64,000 nucleotides of DNA from Epiperipatus broadwayi (lineage: Eukaryota > Animalia > Onychophora), in the NCBI GenBank assembly GCA_028023455.1, contig JAQFVV010000008.1, positions 17,670,001 to 17,734,000 of the forward strand. Reading direction: 5' to 3'. The translations under genes and the position numbers were made by a program. Shown one piece after another: positions 38,540 to 51,857 of this stretch. Within the stretch, counting starts at the first letter, position 1; the number at the start of each line of letters is the position of its first letter. The notes beneath the pieces are model-generated. The model saw only the letters and a program-made list of their open reading frames with translations. It was not told the DNA's origin and made no database searches.

Positions 38540-39480
38540 GATAACTTTCTATTTAAGTACTTACAACTACCAATCACTTTGAAATAAAGGAATTGAAAGA
38601 ATTACATAATATTAAATGATATATTATTGGAATTTGCAAAGCTAGATGAAGAAACAATTGATTTAAATAGAAATGTACTTTACTGCAAGGCACAAATATT
38701 GGAAGCATAAATGGATTCATTGTAAATAAAAAATGAAAAATATGGAAATTGATGGTATATCAGACAGAGTGGAAAAATTAGTTATTAAATTTAATGGAAG
38801 ATACCAAAATGTAGATAATTTAAATTTATGTCCCAACAAGTTTTCATTATGAATAGTATTTTTAATCAGACCAAACATTTTAAAATTGTTATGGGAGATG
38901 TTAATGCTAGAATTAATTAATGATTGGAAGATTGAAATGCTGTGGATAAATTTGGTTATGATCATAGAAATTAGAAAAGATATAGACTTGTGGAGTTGTA
39001 GAGAAAGAAAAGTTGTATATTATGGATTCTTTCTTTGACAAAAATACTAAATATAAATGAACATGAAAGCATTCAAATGAAGATAACAGCAGAGTTGGAT
39101 TATATTTTGATTAACAGAAAATATGTATTTCAAGATTGTAATATTTTTAATAAATTCAATACAATTATTATTAAGATTTAAGATATGTATTAAGGCAAAA
39201 TTGGAAAGGTGAAAACTATTAAGGGAAACTATTAATATTACTAATCTTCAGAAATACTCTAGTGAATTTAAATAAACTTGCAAATTGCTTTAAAGTATCA
39301 ATAGATTTTTAAGATGTTTTGATTTGAATGAAGTCAATAAGAAGATAACTGATATACTATTAACAACTGTAAGAAAGATAGATAATACAAAAAAATAGCA
39401 ATTTACCAATAAATTTTCTATTGAGACATGACACTGTATGAAGAAAAGAAGAAATCTAAATTTTTTAAAAAATCCATGAT
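38540..39480 (+). mobile_element. RTE-like LINE endonuclease region, 3'-truncated
   Basis: Remnants LYVPT, KIVMGDVNARI and ELDYILINRKYVFQDCNIFNKFN. Same family appearance as 26760-27500. Confidence 0.7.
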
Positions 39481-40959
39481 TTGAATATCTAGAGTAATCT
39501 GTAAATCCTAGAGGATGTGTTTCCAGATAGCGAATAGGGGAAAGTCTTATTAGATTGGTGGTAAGGTGGAAAAGAAATACTACCCATAGACCATTAGGTG
39601 GGGCATGCTCTTGGCTGTAGTAAAAACAAACTAGGGAAAAATAATTGATATACATCCCTAATTTTCCAAGTTGGGGATTGAAGCATCTGGCCAACTCATC
39701 CATTCAAACAATTTGAATATTAAAAACCCCCCAATATGCATTCTCATAATGGAGCAGAAAAATGATAAACAACAAAATAGGGCTATGATTTATGATACTT
39801 TAAATGTACAAATTTTATCTAATAAATCAAATGAAATGTAGTAATTAAATGAAATTGAACAAATGATGTTTGCTGCTCAGTTTGCTCGACCCTGCCCTTT
39901 CACTGGAGCTTATGGAAAAGTATTTATTTCCAATACTTTTTTCCATGCAATATATATATAGAATGTTTTTGAAATTCCAATAGTATTACATTAAAGTTGA
40001 ATAAAATTAGAAAAGAATGACACCTAACTCATATATGTAAGATTTAAAATAACCCCAATTTAACATTACCTAAAATTATCACTTATGATTTTTTGCAAAA
40101 TTTCATAAGAGTAGGTATATATTTCTAAACTATATTTCTGAAAGCAAATTATTTATTGACAAAAAAAAAAAAAAAGATTGAAAAAATGTAATAACAGTAT
40201 ATTATCATTGCTTTCAATTTTTTTTTTTTTAAAAAGCTGCTGAAAGATTCATATATATTGAGTTTTTTTTTCCCAATTGTCAATCTTGGCAATAAAGATT
40301 CTAATTTAATATTAAAGAAACTTTAAAAAAAAAACTATAAGTTACATGTTTGTGCATGAGGATAAATCCAAGTTCTATTTTTCCTGTGTAAATGTATTCT
40401 TTTTTCTTGTTTTTTAATTAATGTATATTTACCATACAATACATTTTATTACTTAATAGTTTTTTTATTATAGATGTTGCGTTTCTGTGAAATGAAAAGT
40501 TTTATTTTACACTTAATTATGAAATCATATATATTAGAGTCTTATAAAAGAATTGCCAAAAATGTTAATGAGAAGTTCAAGTTGTATTTTTCCTGTGTTA
40601 AGTCTGCATGGGAGATGGTAATCTAGACCAATTGATGAGTGCTGGTTTAGCATGAAATACGTATATTGGTGATTATTGATCTTTTCTGCGTGTGTGTGGT
40701 CATGTGTATCAGTAGTATGAGATAGTATGGATAATGAAGTGGCTTGAAAATCTGAGTTCAAATCCCCTATATTTACAATTAACTATTTCATAAAATGCAA
40801 TTTTATTCTTTTTGCTATTTTTTATTTAATGTATATTTGATATTTACATCTGGGATTTTTAGAGAACTGCATCATTTGTTACTCTTTCCATTACATAAAA
40901 TTATCCCTTAAGATTTTATGTATATAGAATAGATTTCAAATAAGGAATATCAATATTGA

Positions 40960-41990
40960 CTCATAGAAGTCTGAAAAAATATATTACAACATGGAAAACA
41001 ATCTTGGATTAATAAAATGAATATGTCCTTATGGATGGAAAATAATAAGAGATAATCTATAATGTGAATGAAAATGCTCTAAATATTAAAAATGCATTTT
41101 TTGAACAATTGAATAATGAAATTCTAAACATTGCAGTATCTGGAATAAGTAGAAGAAAAGGCAAAACTATAAGACAATATAGTGAAGATATAACAAATGA
41201 TAATGGAATATATTTAATTAATACATGCAAACTAAATAATTTGAAGATACTGAATGGTTTTTATCACCAAAAAGAAATTCATAAATTGACATGGATTCCA
41301 AATACACAAAATCTTAAATCTTTTATAGGTTATATTATGACAATATGAATTTTAAAGTATTTAGATGTAAGAATATACAGAAGACTGCCATATGGTAGTG
41401 ACCACAGTTTTCTTAGAATGAAGATAATTCTTCCATCAGGAAAAAGTCAGATTTCAGAACTATAAACAGAATATTTAGAGATTGTACAGGTAAAAAGTTA
41501 CACAAAGATCAGCTTTGATTCATAGAAATACATTATATAAAAAATTATAAGTATGCAGCTTCAAAGAATTTATATATAAACAGAAAATGATGATAGAAAA
41601 AACATATTCATGGAATTGATAGAAAATAAGATAACAAAAGATATGTATTAGAAATACTAAAATAGATAAGAATAGAATTAAATAGAAAAAAATTCAAGGA
41701 AAAGTTAAAAAAAAAACAGGAAAGAAAAATGAAATATAGGAAAAGAATTGATTCATACTTTGGTGAAAAGAGAAACAATGAAAACTAAGAATGATTAAAA
41801 CTAAAGTAAAAAATAAATAAATAATATTACCAATTACAATGAAAACATTATTTCAAAAATTTGTTAACAGAAAATAGATTTCTGAAAATGAATGAAGACC
41901 AAAGTATACAGGTGAAAGAATATTCTCTAATGGCTATGGTGTGTCTTCCAGGTTTGATATGTAAGAAAATTTTGATGGCATATGTGAAAG
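40960..41990 (+). mobile_element. LINE endonuclease/linker relic
   Basis: ORF 41064-41348: NDNGIYLINTCKLNNLKILNGFYHQKEIHKLTW (NxNG..L...C....L.I.NGF+.HK.IHK.TW), followed by GSDH. Confidence 0.75.
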
Positions 41991-42339
41991 ATATTATTAG
42001 CTTATATTTTATTAAAATTGGTTATTAATTATTAAAAAAATTTGATTTGTGTGAAAGAAATGAAAATAATTTATTTTCCTTGTAATGCAATTAGTTTTAT
42101 AGTAGATATGTCTCCATCTCTAGAAATCACACGACATAAATACATTGCAGTATGCAAAAAAAGTAGCAGTGCATTGTTTGTAAGTGTGTTAAACCTAGTA
42201 CAGAAACAGACACTATGGTGTGGATGCATTTTAAAGTAATTATATTATTAGATATAAAAAAAAAAATTAATTTTTTTTTTAAGTTTTTTCTCAATATTTT
42301 TTTATTATAGAAATTTATTTTCCTCTTCTATTTAATAAA

Positions 42340-44045
42340 ACCAATATAAGTAAAACAAAAATTACTGGAATCAAGTAATAGAGAATTCCAAAGTTAGTGA
42401 ACAGAAGAATATGACATGATTAATAAGAGCAAAAAAGTGTTTTATTTTCTGGGATAATAGTATGCAGAACCTCATAAAATGATGAGTTTATGAAACGAAC
42501 CATAAATTTCTTGGTAAAGAGAAACAAAAAGAATTTATTGTATGTGCTGTTAAAAATATAAATAGTCAGTGATCCCTATTAAATATATTGGCATTCCAAT
42601 ATAATTGCTGCTAGTTATATTGCCTCAAATGCAATTGCCAAACATGAAAATCCTTTGCCAACAGTGAATATATAAAAGAAATATAATTAAAATGTGCACT
42701 AGTTCTTTTTGGAAATTGGAAAACAAAAAATTATTCAAAGAATAAAAGATGTGCTATAAAGTATGGTAAATGATAGAATCTTGGAAATGACTAAACATAT
42801 AACCCATTAGTAAAAAATAGATATAAAATCATCTGATTTCATTTTATTTATCTTAATAAGACTTGTCAAAACTGAATCAACTTGTCTAGTTATGTTTGTT
42901 ATTATGTTGGGAACAAAATCAAGGAAGAATCATCATTAGCAGCAACAACAAAAGGAACAAATATTTATAATGCATTTGCTGAAAAAGAAACAAACCTTTC
43001 CAAAATTGTATCAGTAACAACTGGTGGTGCTTGCAGTATGATCAGACAGGAAAATGCTTTTGCTATTTCATTTACCAAAAATATTCATCATGCAGTTCTG
43101 GGTTTTCACTACGTTATACAGAAGCAGGTTTTATTTACCAAGGCTAACGTTTTGTAACAAAATTAGTTAATGTTATATCTGCATGCACTTTAAATAAACA
43201 AAAATTCCTGGAATTGTTAAATGAGATAAATTCATAATATAATGATTTATTTATATACAATAATATCCAATCGTTAAGTTGTGGAAAAGTTCTTCAAAAA
43301 TTTATTGAGTGTTTAGAGGAAGTTAAACATTTTTTATGTAATGAGAAAATATTATTGAACAATATAATCAATTAATGAATATCGAATGGCTTTCGAAATT
43401 AATATTTTTACTGATTTGTATTTCTACTTGAATTAAATTGTAATGTCAATAAAAGTCATTGTCATGTTTGATTTAATTGAAACATTGAAAGTTAAATTAG
43501 AAATTTTTAATCGTTACATTATTTCATGTAGCTATAAATAATTTCCAAATACAAAAAAAAAATTGCAGATATAGAATCTCATAAGAAACTAAATCATAAA
43601 TGAATTGTCTTCAAGATTTATGCAGTTATAAGTAATTTGAAGAAACATCAACATTTATTTTATATTCAGACACAATCTCAGCAGATAAACTCAATTTGAA
43701 AATTCTCAAGTTTTTAAATTTGGAGGATATGCAATTTCAATTAATTGATTTTCAATCCAGTTCTATATGAAAAACAAGTTTGTTAATTTGATAAATAACT
43801 TGCAAATGTTTGAAAATGATCAATTATTGAGAGTAATAAAAAAATGCTGAAGAGAAAATATTAAAAATTTTGTACACCATTCTCAGAAATTTCAGTTGTT
43901 TAAAATCATTAATGACAATTTTATTATCAATTTTTTGCTCTATTTATGCTCATGAATTATTATTTTCAGAAATTAATTTTATAAAAGACAAAATCAGAAA
44001 TAGAATGACTGATGAATTTTGTTCAGCATGTATACTATTGTGTTA
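42340..44045 (+). mobile_element. Degraded hAT transposase, GTF2IRD2/SPIN (Charlie)-like
   Basis: N-terminal NREFQ..W-like remnant and ORF 42882-43157 TTKGTNIYNAF...LSKIVSVTTGGACSM...FHYVIQKQ (TDGAxSM, HCxIHQ equivalents). C-terminal STYxCE/LFS...RNRMTD remnant at about 43935-44015. No TIRs recognised. Confidence 0.8.
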
Positions 44046-44535
44046 AAATATTCTGACATGAAACATTTAGCATTTAATATACTGCAGCTAAAATTTATGT
44101 TTATAATAATTCATCTTTAATTGTCAATAAAGCAAGTCATATATAATATGACATTGCTTTTATAAGCTTGTATAGACAAAAATGTAATACAGAGAGCTAC
44201 CAATAGCTCAAAAAAGTTCTTAATTGATAAGTGTGGTAAGAGAAAATATTTAAAATCTCTATCCAAAATATTAAATTTTTGTAAATACAAGCTTATAAAA
44301 GTGATGTCATGATATATATGACTTGCTTTATTGATAATTATAATTTTACCTTTAAGGCTGAGGCTATTAATATGTGGTAGATCTGCATTTAGTTCAGTCC
44401 CATATAGCTATTTAAGTTAGATAGCTGGAGTAAAAGACATTTTCATGTCTGAAAGCTTCAGAGTTTCTACTTAAATAATACGTATAAAATAAGTGCTGTG
44501 TGATATTTTGGATCTAGTGTCTGAATATTTCTAGC

Positions 44536-44581
44536 TTCTCACTGAGGTGAACCATAAGCTCGAAACCAATTGGTCTGGGGA
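44536..44581 (+). ncRNA. Minimal type I hammerhead ribozyme-like motif, copy 1
   Basis: TTCTCA-CTGAGGT-GAAC-CATAA-GCTC-GAAA-CCAATTGG-TC-TGGGGA. Stem I pairs TTCTCA/TGGGGA, stem III is palindromic, and the GUC cleavage triplet ends at 44575. Core A9 is T and stem II has one mismatch. Confidence 0.6.
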
Positions 44582-44949
44582 TGATAGTATTTCGGATAGA
44601 GATTTTAAATATTTTCTCTTACCGCACTCGTCAATTAAGAGCTTGTTTGAGCTATTGGTACGCTCTCTGTATTACATTTTTGTAAATACAAGCTTATAAA
44701 AGCAATGTCACGTATATGATTTGCTTTATTGATAATTATAATTTTACTTTTAAGGCTTTGGCTATGCTGAGACTATTAATATATGGTAGATCTGAATTTA
44801 GTTCAGTCCCATATAGGTATTTAAGTTAAATAGCTGGAGTAAAAGACATTTTCATGTCTGAAAACTTCAGTTTCTACTTAAATAATACATATAAAATAAG
44901 TGCTGTGTTTGAGTTGATATTTTGGATCTAGTGCCTGAATATTTCTAGT

Positions 44950-44995
44950 TCCTCACTGAGGTGAGCCATAAGCTCAAAACCAATTGGTCTGGGAA
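44950..44995 (+). ncRNA. Minimal type I hammerhead ribozyme-like motif, copy 2
   Basis: TCCTCA-CTGAGGT-GAGC-CATAA-GCTC-AAAA-CCAATTGG-TC-TGGGAA. Stem II (GAGC/GCTC) is perfect but GAAA has become AAAA. Confidence 0.5.
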
Positions 44996-45219
44996 TGAGA
45001 GTATTTCGGATAGAGATTTTAAATATTTTCTCTTACCGCACTTATCAATTAAGAGCTTGTTTGAGCTATTAATAATTCATCTTTGTAAAATTGTATACTA
45101 ACTTAAAATTATCTCATTAAAATTCTGTAATAATTAATTTTCTACTAATTTTTTTGTTAGAAAACTGCTCAACACCTCAATAATTTAATAAATATGATTT
45201 GTAAATTTTTACCACCATT

Positions 45220-45810
45220 ACCCTATAACATTAAAAGACATTCAAATATTAATGGTATGCAAATTATTAAAAAACAAAAGATCTTGATCTTGGATAGAAT
45301 TTCATTTTAATTAGTTAAAAATGGAAATAAAAAGTTGTTCAAAATTGCATTAATAGTAGTGAAATTCCCACTGAATGGAAAATGTCATATATTACAACAA
45401 TTTATAAAAAGGGTAGAAAAGATAGTTGTGAAAAATTATAGAGCAATAAAACACCATTAATTCACTGAGTTGGATATATGGAAAAATAGGATTGAATATG
45501 AATATATAAGTTTGGAAATAGAGGAATAAACAGATTTTAGAGAAACAAGAACACAATAGCAACTTGTTTTATGTAACCCAAATAAAAAGAAAATGCCAAT
45601 AAATCAAGATACATATTTTATAAATAGATATCATAGTAACAAACATGTGAAACTTCTTAAAGCAGTTAAAAAATTACATAATATATATGCAAAAGTAAAC
45701 ATGATTTCTGATAATATAAAAATAACCAATTGTCTTAAACAGAGATGTTCCTTCTCATCTACATTGTTCAAATTAAATTTAAAAGAAGGCCTAAAATATG
45801 GATAAGGAAA
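45220..45810 (+). mobile_element. LINE RT relic
   Basis: IPTEWKMSYITTIYKKGRKDSCEK-type motif (IP.EWK...I..IYKKG.K..C.NYR) and later KQRCSFSSTLFKL (QGCxLSPTLF). Confidence 0.75.
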
Positions 45811-45829
45811 TATGAGAAAAATTAATCAT

Positions 45830-46230
45830 AGAATTAAACTTGGATGAAGTGCTTGCAATAAAAATAGTTTAATATTAAAAGGAAAAATACCTATATGATT
45901 GAAAGGGAAGATGTAACAAAAAGAGATTGAAAGTGAAATACATGGATGAGAGAACAAATGAGTATCAATAACATCACTGAAAGTATTAAAAAATCGAAAT
46001 GAAGCTGGACCGGACATATTGCTAAAAGTAATGATAATAGATGGACAATTAAATCTTAAACTGAATTCCAAGAGATTGTAAAATATCTGAAGAAATCATG
46101 TATAATAGATGAAATAAAGAAGTTTGCTGGTGTGTTATGGAAAAGCTAAAAAATCAGAGAAATAGGATTAAACATGATACGTTGTTCATCCTTCAGTGGA
46201 TCAATAAAGCTTGAAAATGACAAGATTAAA
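45830..46230 (+). mobile_element. 3' end of RTE-clade LINE
   Basis: KxSWTGHIAKSNDNRWT...IPRDCK...DEIKKFAGV.W, closely similar to 29030-29266. Confidence 0.75.
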
Positions 46231-48511
46231 TAGTTATAGTTAAGAATTATTGAAAACTGTTATTCACTTTCTTAATTTCAGTTTGCATTCGATTTCTTTT
46301 TGAATTTAATGCACGAGTAAAAATGAATTCTTTTAATTAGACTTTTAAAATTATAAATAACTTCATCAATTATTGCTCTATTATAATAAATATTAATCAT
46401 TTGATTAAGGAAAGTTCTTGATATCATTCCAGACTATATTTTTTTCAATTTTGTTTCATTGTTATAATTTCTTTCAATGAATTCTTGATAATTCTTCTAT
46501 CTCTAAATATATATTCAATCTAGTTTTTCTTTCCTCTTTTCATTATTTTTTTTCAATACTTTTATATTTTCAATCATCTCTTTCTTCATACTATATTCTA
46601 AACAGAAAGCTTCCACTTTTTTTACTTCATTTAATTTCAATAGGCTATAAAAATAATCTCTTAGTTTTATTAAAAACCTTTATCATGAGTTAACCAATTA
46701 GTCAAATATTTAAAAGCATTAATTTACTGTTCAACTACCAATTTTAAAATTATTATTAACTTATTTTCATTGCTTTAGTTTTTTAACCTCATTATATTCA
46801 AATATCCCAATATCACCAATAAATCTGATATATTAAATCCTTACTCCAATGTTAATTTTGTCTTTATCAAAAAAAAAAAAAAAAAGCCATTTAACAGCTG
46901 ATTTAAATAACAAAAAGAAGAAAACCATCTTTATCTTATATGTTTTAATATATTTTTTAAAGACTATTTAATCTTAAAATAATCTCTAATTCAAATATAA
47001 ATAAAAGTTATCCCCGCTTCCAATTTGGCCAAACTGAATAAGCTCACTTACTGAACTAATTGAACTTGAAAATGTTATTCAAAGATTTAGTGAAGACTTT
47101 TAATACATATCAGAGATCTGTATACATTTTTATATTTATTACAATATTAATCTAAAAATATATAAAAGACTATGGAAAAATAAGAGATAAAAGAAATATA
47201 TCATAACCTCAGCACAGTTTATTTCACATGTAAGTTTGCATTTTATCTTTTAAAAAAAAATTGCAATGCTAATTAATTCCTGCTATCAAAGACCAAGTAC
47301 AGATAATTAATAATTAAAAAATAATAAATATGTTTTAAATGTGAATATTAAAGATATTGATAGCACATGCCAATTCTGTAAATATTTAACCCATGGATAA
47401 TTAATCAATTTAATCACAATTAATCATGGACAATTAATACATTTGTTATATGACAAAAGTATTATGTAGCATTCTAGGCAGAAAACAAGGAAATAAGACT
47501 TGCAATTGTAAAATAATGTCAACCAATTAAATGCTACACTTTCGATCTACAAGCAGTAATAACTTTCAATCTAACTCTCAAATAGTCCTTAAATAAATCA
47601 CAATTTGCTTCACAAGATTGACTAAAGAGATTTTAGTATAAGACAGAATTTCTGGGGGAAATGTTTATAATCCATAAAAACTGACCGTGAAATTACAGAT
47701 AATGTAAAGCATATTTTTGATGATATCTAAAAGAATGCAAGTTTGCAAAAAGATAAACCACATTTTATTGCAGAATATCTAAAAATTGCAGATTTTCAAA
47801 TTCTGGAAGCTAAAGTTTATGTAAAGACTCTACCTACAATGCAACCATAATTGGTTATTCACAATCCAAATATGATATAATATAACAGCATAAATATCAA
47901 ACAAACAAAAAAGAAGTTGCTGCAATTATCTTACAATTTTAGTAGTTCTCAACTTAATATTCTTTAATTAACCACTATCAAAGATATTTGTATTGTAATA
48001 CATTATATTCATGATAATTCGTTGCTCTGTTCAGATTAAGCTTGATAAGATACTTTTTAACTGTTTTTCTTCAGAGTGATTCACATTCTTGGTTCACTAT
48101 ATAAAGATCACAGTTAAAGCTTGCAGTTTATAACATTTTCAGATCAACTGCAATGCTTGAGTATATTCGAAAGTTTTCAACATTATTTCATATGTAGATA
48201 AGCTTAAAAAATGTCTAGACTTAAGACTATTAATGCAGCATGGATACTGTAAAATATTCAATCTGCCATTAATTGAAAACTATGTCAAAAAAATGTCTAG
48301 CTGCTTTAAAAATGTGTTGAAATTCAATCCAGTAAAGATTCACTTATACATATGTAATTATTTGGAGCCATATTTTTTAAAGAAACAGAGTTTTTTTTTT
48401 TTTATTATTTATTTCTATTTTAAAAATAATTTGGTGATTGACTATAATAGCAAAACAGTACAAGGTAGGTAAATTGATCTTTTTATGGTACACATAATAA
48501 AAGACAATTTC

Positions 48512-49603
48512 AATCATCCTGTAGTTCTGAAAGAATGAAATCCTTGGTTATAAATTTAAATAATTCCCAGATTAAAAAAAAAATTTCAGTTGGCAAAATT
48601 TTTTGAATTTTATTACCTTCAGCTATTAAATACTTAATTATGTTTCTACTGATAAATCATTCTGATGATGATTAAGAGGCTAGTATTCACTCTGGAAGGT
48701 GAACATCCAATGATTTCCTTTCTCAGCTGGCCATAGTGGCTTCAAGTTGTATAATAACAAATTTAAAATGACAAAATTAAGTAGAGTCTTCCAAGCGAAG
48801 AACACTGCATTTTGTTGACATTTATTTCTATAGCCCTGAGCATGTGATGGAAAAGTGACATAAATTCAAACTTCTTTTCCACTCAATTATACTTTGCATA
48901 TGAAATTTTCATTAAGTAGGCCTAGCACAGATTCCTTCCAGATGATACTACTCTTCTGGTGATCTACTGCATGGTAAAATCAGCCATATTTATAATACAA
49001 TTTACATAGAAAAATTATTTCTAATAAAATTATTATCATGACAAATATACACTTACAGTATTTATAATTATTTTTATATTAAATGATAGATTAATACCTG
49101 ACTCTTAAAATCAACAAGATTAACATTTCTAAATTGGCAGTTCTCATATTCTCTATGCTTATGTGCTATCTCTATGGTTTTATATTGAATATATTTTTAA
49201 TTTCTAGAAAACATTTTTTTATTGTATCCATACACACACAAATACATACACGCACATTTAAATGCTTTGTGAAAGTAAAATTTGTTTATATGTATTTTTA
49301 AACCTGATATAATTCACCAAAATTATAGCTATGTTGTGATTGATTATTTTATTATGGAATATACAATCATAAATTATATGTCTGTGTAATGTGAGATTGA
49401 TGACCTAAATTCAGTAAAGAATGTTTTTATCTAATTTTAACTTTGGCAGTGATTTTTAAAATTTAGTAGCACGTTTTATCTTTATCTTAAACTATGATCT
49501 CCATTTTGGTAACTCTTGGCAATGCTATATTCATACTTATAATACAAATTGAAATTTTCTGTTCTCATAAAAAAAAATAATTTAAAATTGATTCTTTTTA
49601 GCA
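48512..49603. repeat. ~1.1-kb direct repeat, copy 1 (possible LTR)
   Basis: Colinear with 53252-54245 (for example GTTATAAATTTAAATAATTCCCAGATTAAAAAA and GGAAGGTGAACATCCAATGATT), visibly diverged with indels. Both copies end at TTGATTCTTTTTA(G/A)CA. Confidence 0.85.
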
Positions 49604-49899
49604 CTATTGAACCAATCGGGTTACTATCACATTTGCCTCCTTCTTTGTCTAAAAAAAATTTTTTTTTTTCTTTATCTTATAATCATTAGTTTACTATTAA
49701 GATATTTTTAAGCCTTACTATACTTATAATTGCCTATGGATACCTCAAACAATAATATTAGTTATAACTAGTCGGAATTGACACCATAAAATATAATGGA
49801 TCTATATCTTAAATGTTTTCACAAACTTATTGCATAGCATTCTTGTGGTTTAGTTAAAATGCTTGCTTTTAACTTATGAATAATATGGTCATAAATTAT

Positions 49900-51857
49900 G
49901 TGCATTATCTAATGTAATCCCTATATTTTCCTAGGATTGGTTCTCAAATCCTCTACAGAATAACCTCCAACACTGATATCTTTTTAACTGATTTTTACCA
50001 ATATTATCTTCAGGCGAATTATCCCTTATAAGTGGTTTTCTTCTACCACACAATTTGTAATTATTCATAGGTTTATGCCTATTTCTATATATTTCACTAT
50101 TATTTAAATATTAACATAAGATACAGCTTTTGAGTACTTTCTTGTTCTCTTCTCGGTCTATAATTACCATCATTAATACAATCACTCATTTCTATTCCTT
50201 CAAGTATTTCCAATATTTCCTCAATAGTGTGTCTATCAGCTGCAATTAAAATTTGGAGTGTTTTGGGAAATTTCACTCTATAATTTTAACTATTTCGTGT
50301 TCAAATAAAGGATGTTATCAATGTTTTGAGCTTTGCAGTTTGTTTTCAAAGAAATTATGTATAATTTCCCTTACATTATATTTCTTTTGTATCGCCTGAT
50401 AATTAATATTCTTTTGCTTTTCCTCACTCCAAAAGTTAGCAAGAAGACAATATTTAAAACCCCATAAGTATTGGGTTTTTCAAGTAAAGACTGCCACCAA
50501 TCTTTGGTGGATTTGTAGTCTGTTATTAGCAATAGTGAGTTTTTCTTTCTTGTTCATTTTATTTAGTGAGAAGTACTTGCAAACTTTGGAAATATTCATT
50601 TGGATTCTCATAATTCTCTCTTTTAAAAACTTTTATGTGCATAAATTTGGAGAGAATAGGATTAATCTGAGAAGTACATAATTGTTCATCATATTTTCCA
50701 CAAGTCTCCCTGAATAAGGGATGTAAGACCTACTATATTCATAGTTTTGTTCTATACTAATATTTTGTACACTATCTTCAATATGTTTCACTTTTATTAA
50801 TTTCATTATCATAATTGAATCTTTCCTTAACAAACGTCTGTGCTTGAAATATGTCTAAAACAATTTTATTAAGAAATTCTGTCATCTTTAAAGATATTCT
50901 TTCTTTTACATCTGTTATTATCTAATTTTTATCTACTGTTCTACATAAACTCTATTTTCTATATTATGATTATCTATTTCATGTAGTTTGCATTCAAGTG
51001 TGACCACCTCAACATCAATATGCTGTTTGTACTTCCTATTTTTTTCTAATTCTTTCTTAACTTCTTTACAATATTGATATTTAATTTCCGATTCCTTTTC
51101 ATAAGTGCTTGTTTCTTATTTAACATCCTTATCCTTATTAATTAATTTATCAGACAGATTTTTGTATGCTAACTGCATCTCTTTGTACTCATTCTTTAAC
51201 TTTTTAATTTTATCTTGCTCTTTAGTATAAATCCTTTTAAATTCTAGTATCTTTTTATCAGATACTTCTTCACTTATGTTTTTCAATTCTTTAATCTCAT
51301 CCATTTGTTCACTCAATGCCTGATCAGTTTTTACTACCTCATCTATACTTTTACTACAAATTTTTATTTCAATCTGGGATTTCTTTATTTGTTTTGCAAG
51401 TTGTCTGTCTACTTTATTATTGTTACTCTGTTACCATTTACCTACTTCTTTCTTATATTTATCTATGTCATTTTTGTACTCCATCAACCTGATCTTGGAA
51501 CTGATCCTTTACATTTTCTAAGACCTTAAACATTCTATTTTCAGATGTCTTAATTTGTTGCATTAGATGTTTGAAGTTATTATCACACATTATTTTAGAC
51601 TTTGCTAATTTGGTTTTTAAATGTTTAAGATCTGCTTTACATTCATCAACCTTAGTAGTTAAGTTTTGAAATTTACTATTTAAGTCTTCTTTAGACTCAT
51701 CAAACTTAATAACTAATTTTTTAAAATCTGTTTTGGACTCATCCAACTTAGTATCTAATTTTTCAAATCTAGCATTTAGTATATGAAATATATTTGTATA
51801 ACTAGGTGTAAGTTCATTTTGGGACCCTACCGAAATATTATCATTATTGGCCTTCAT
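49900..51857 (-). mobile_element. Degraded Gypsy-type gag
   Basis: Coiled-coil ORFs 51468-51857 and 51116-51316, followed by KDWWQSLLEKPNTY...LANFWSEEKQK...TIEEILEILEGIE (about 50510-50190). This is the WW...F...FWS signature of the retrotransposon gag capsid domain. Confidence 0.75.

Larger units (their letters stand above)
44119..45070 (+). mobile_element. Retroposed insertion: inverted ~150-bp segment plus ~2 tandem ~400-bp units bearing hammerhead-like motifs, 14-15-bp TSD
   Basis: Flanking direct repeat (T)AATAATTCATCTTT at 44105-44118 and 45071-45084. Units start at about 44277 and 44678. 44119-44270 is the reverse complement of about 44589-44740. Confidence 0.85.

Noticed and set aside
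39592-39615. H*VGHALG resembling the metzincin HExGHxxG motif
   Set aside because: There is a stop at the Glu position, the third His is absent, and there is no flanking protease similarity. It is probably chance.
9895-45070. CRISPR-like reading of the tandem repeats
   Set aside because: The units are head-to-tail with no unique spacers, there are no cas genes, and the context is a spliced eukaryotic gene.
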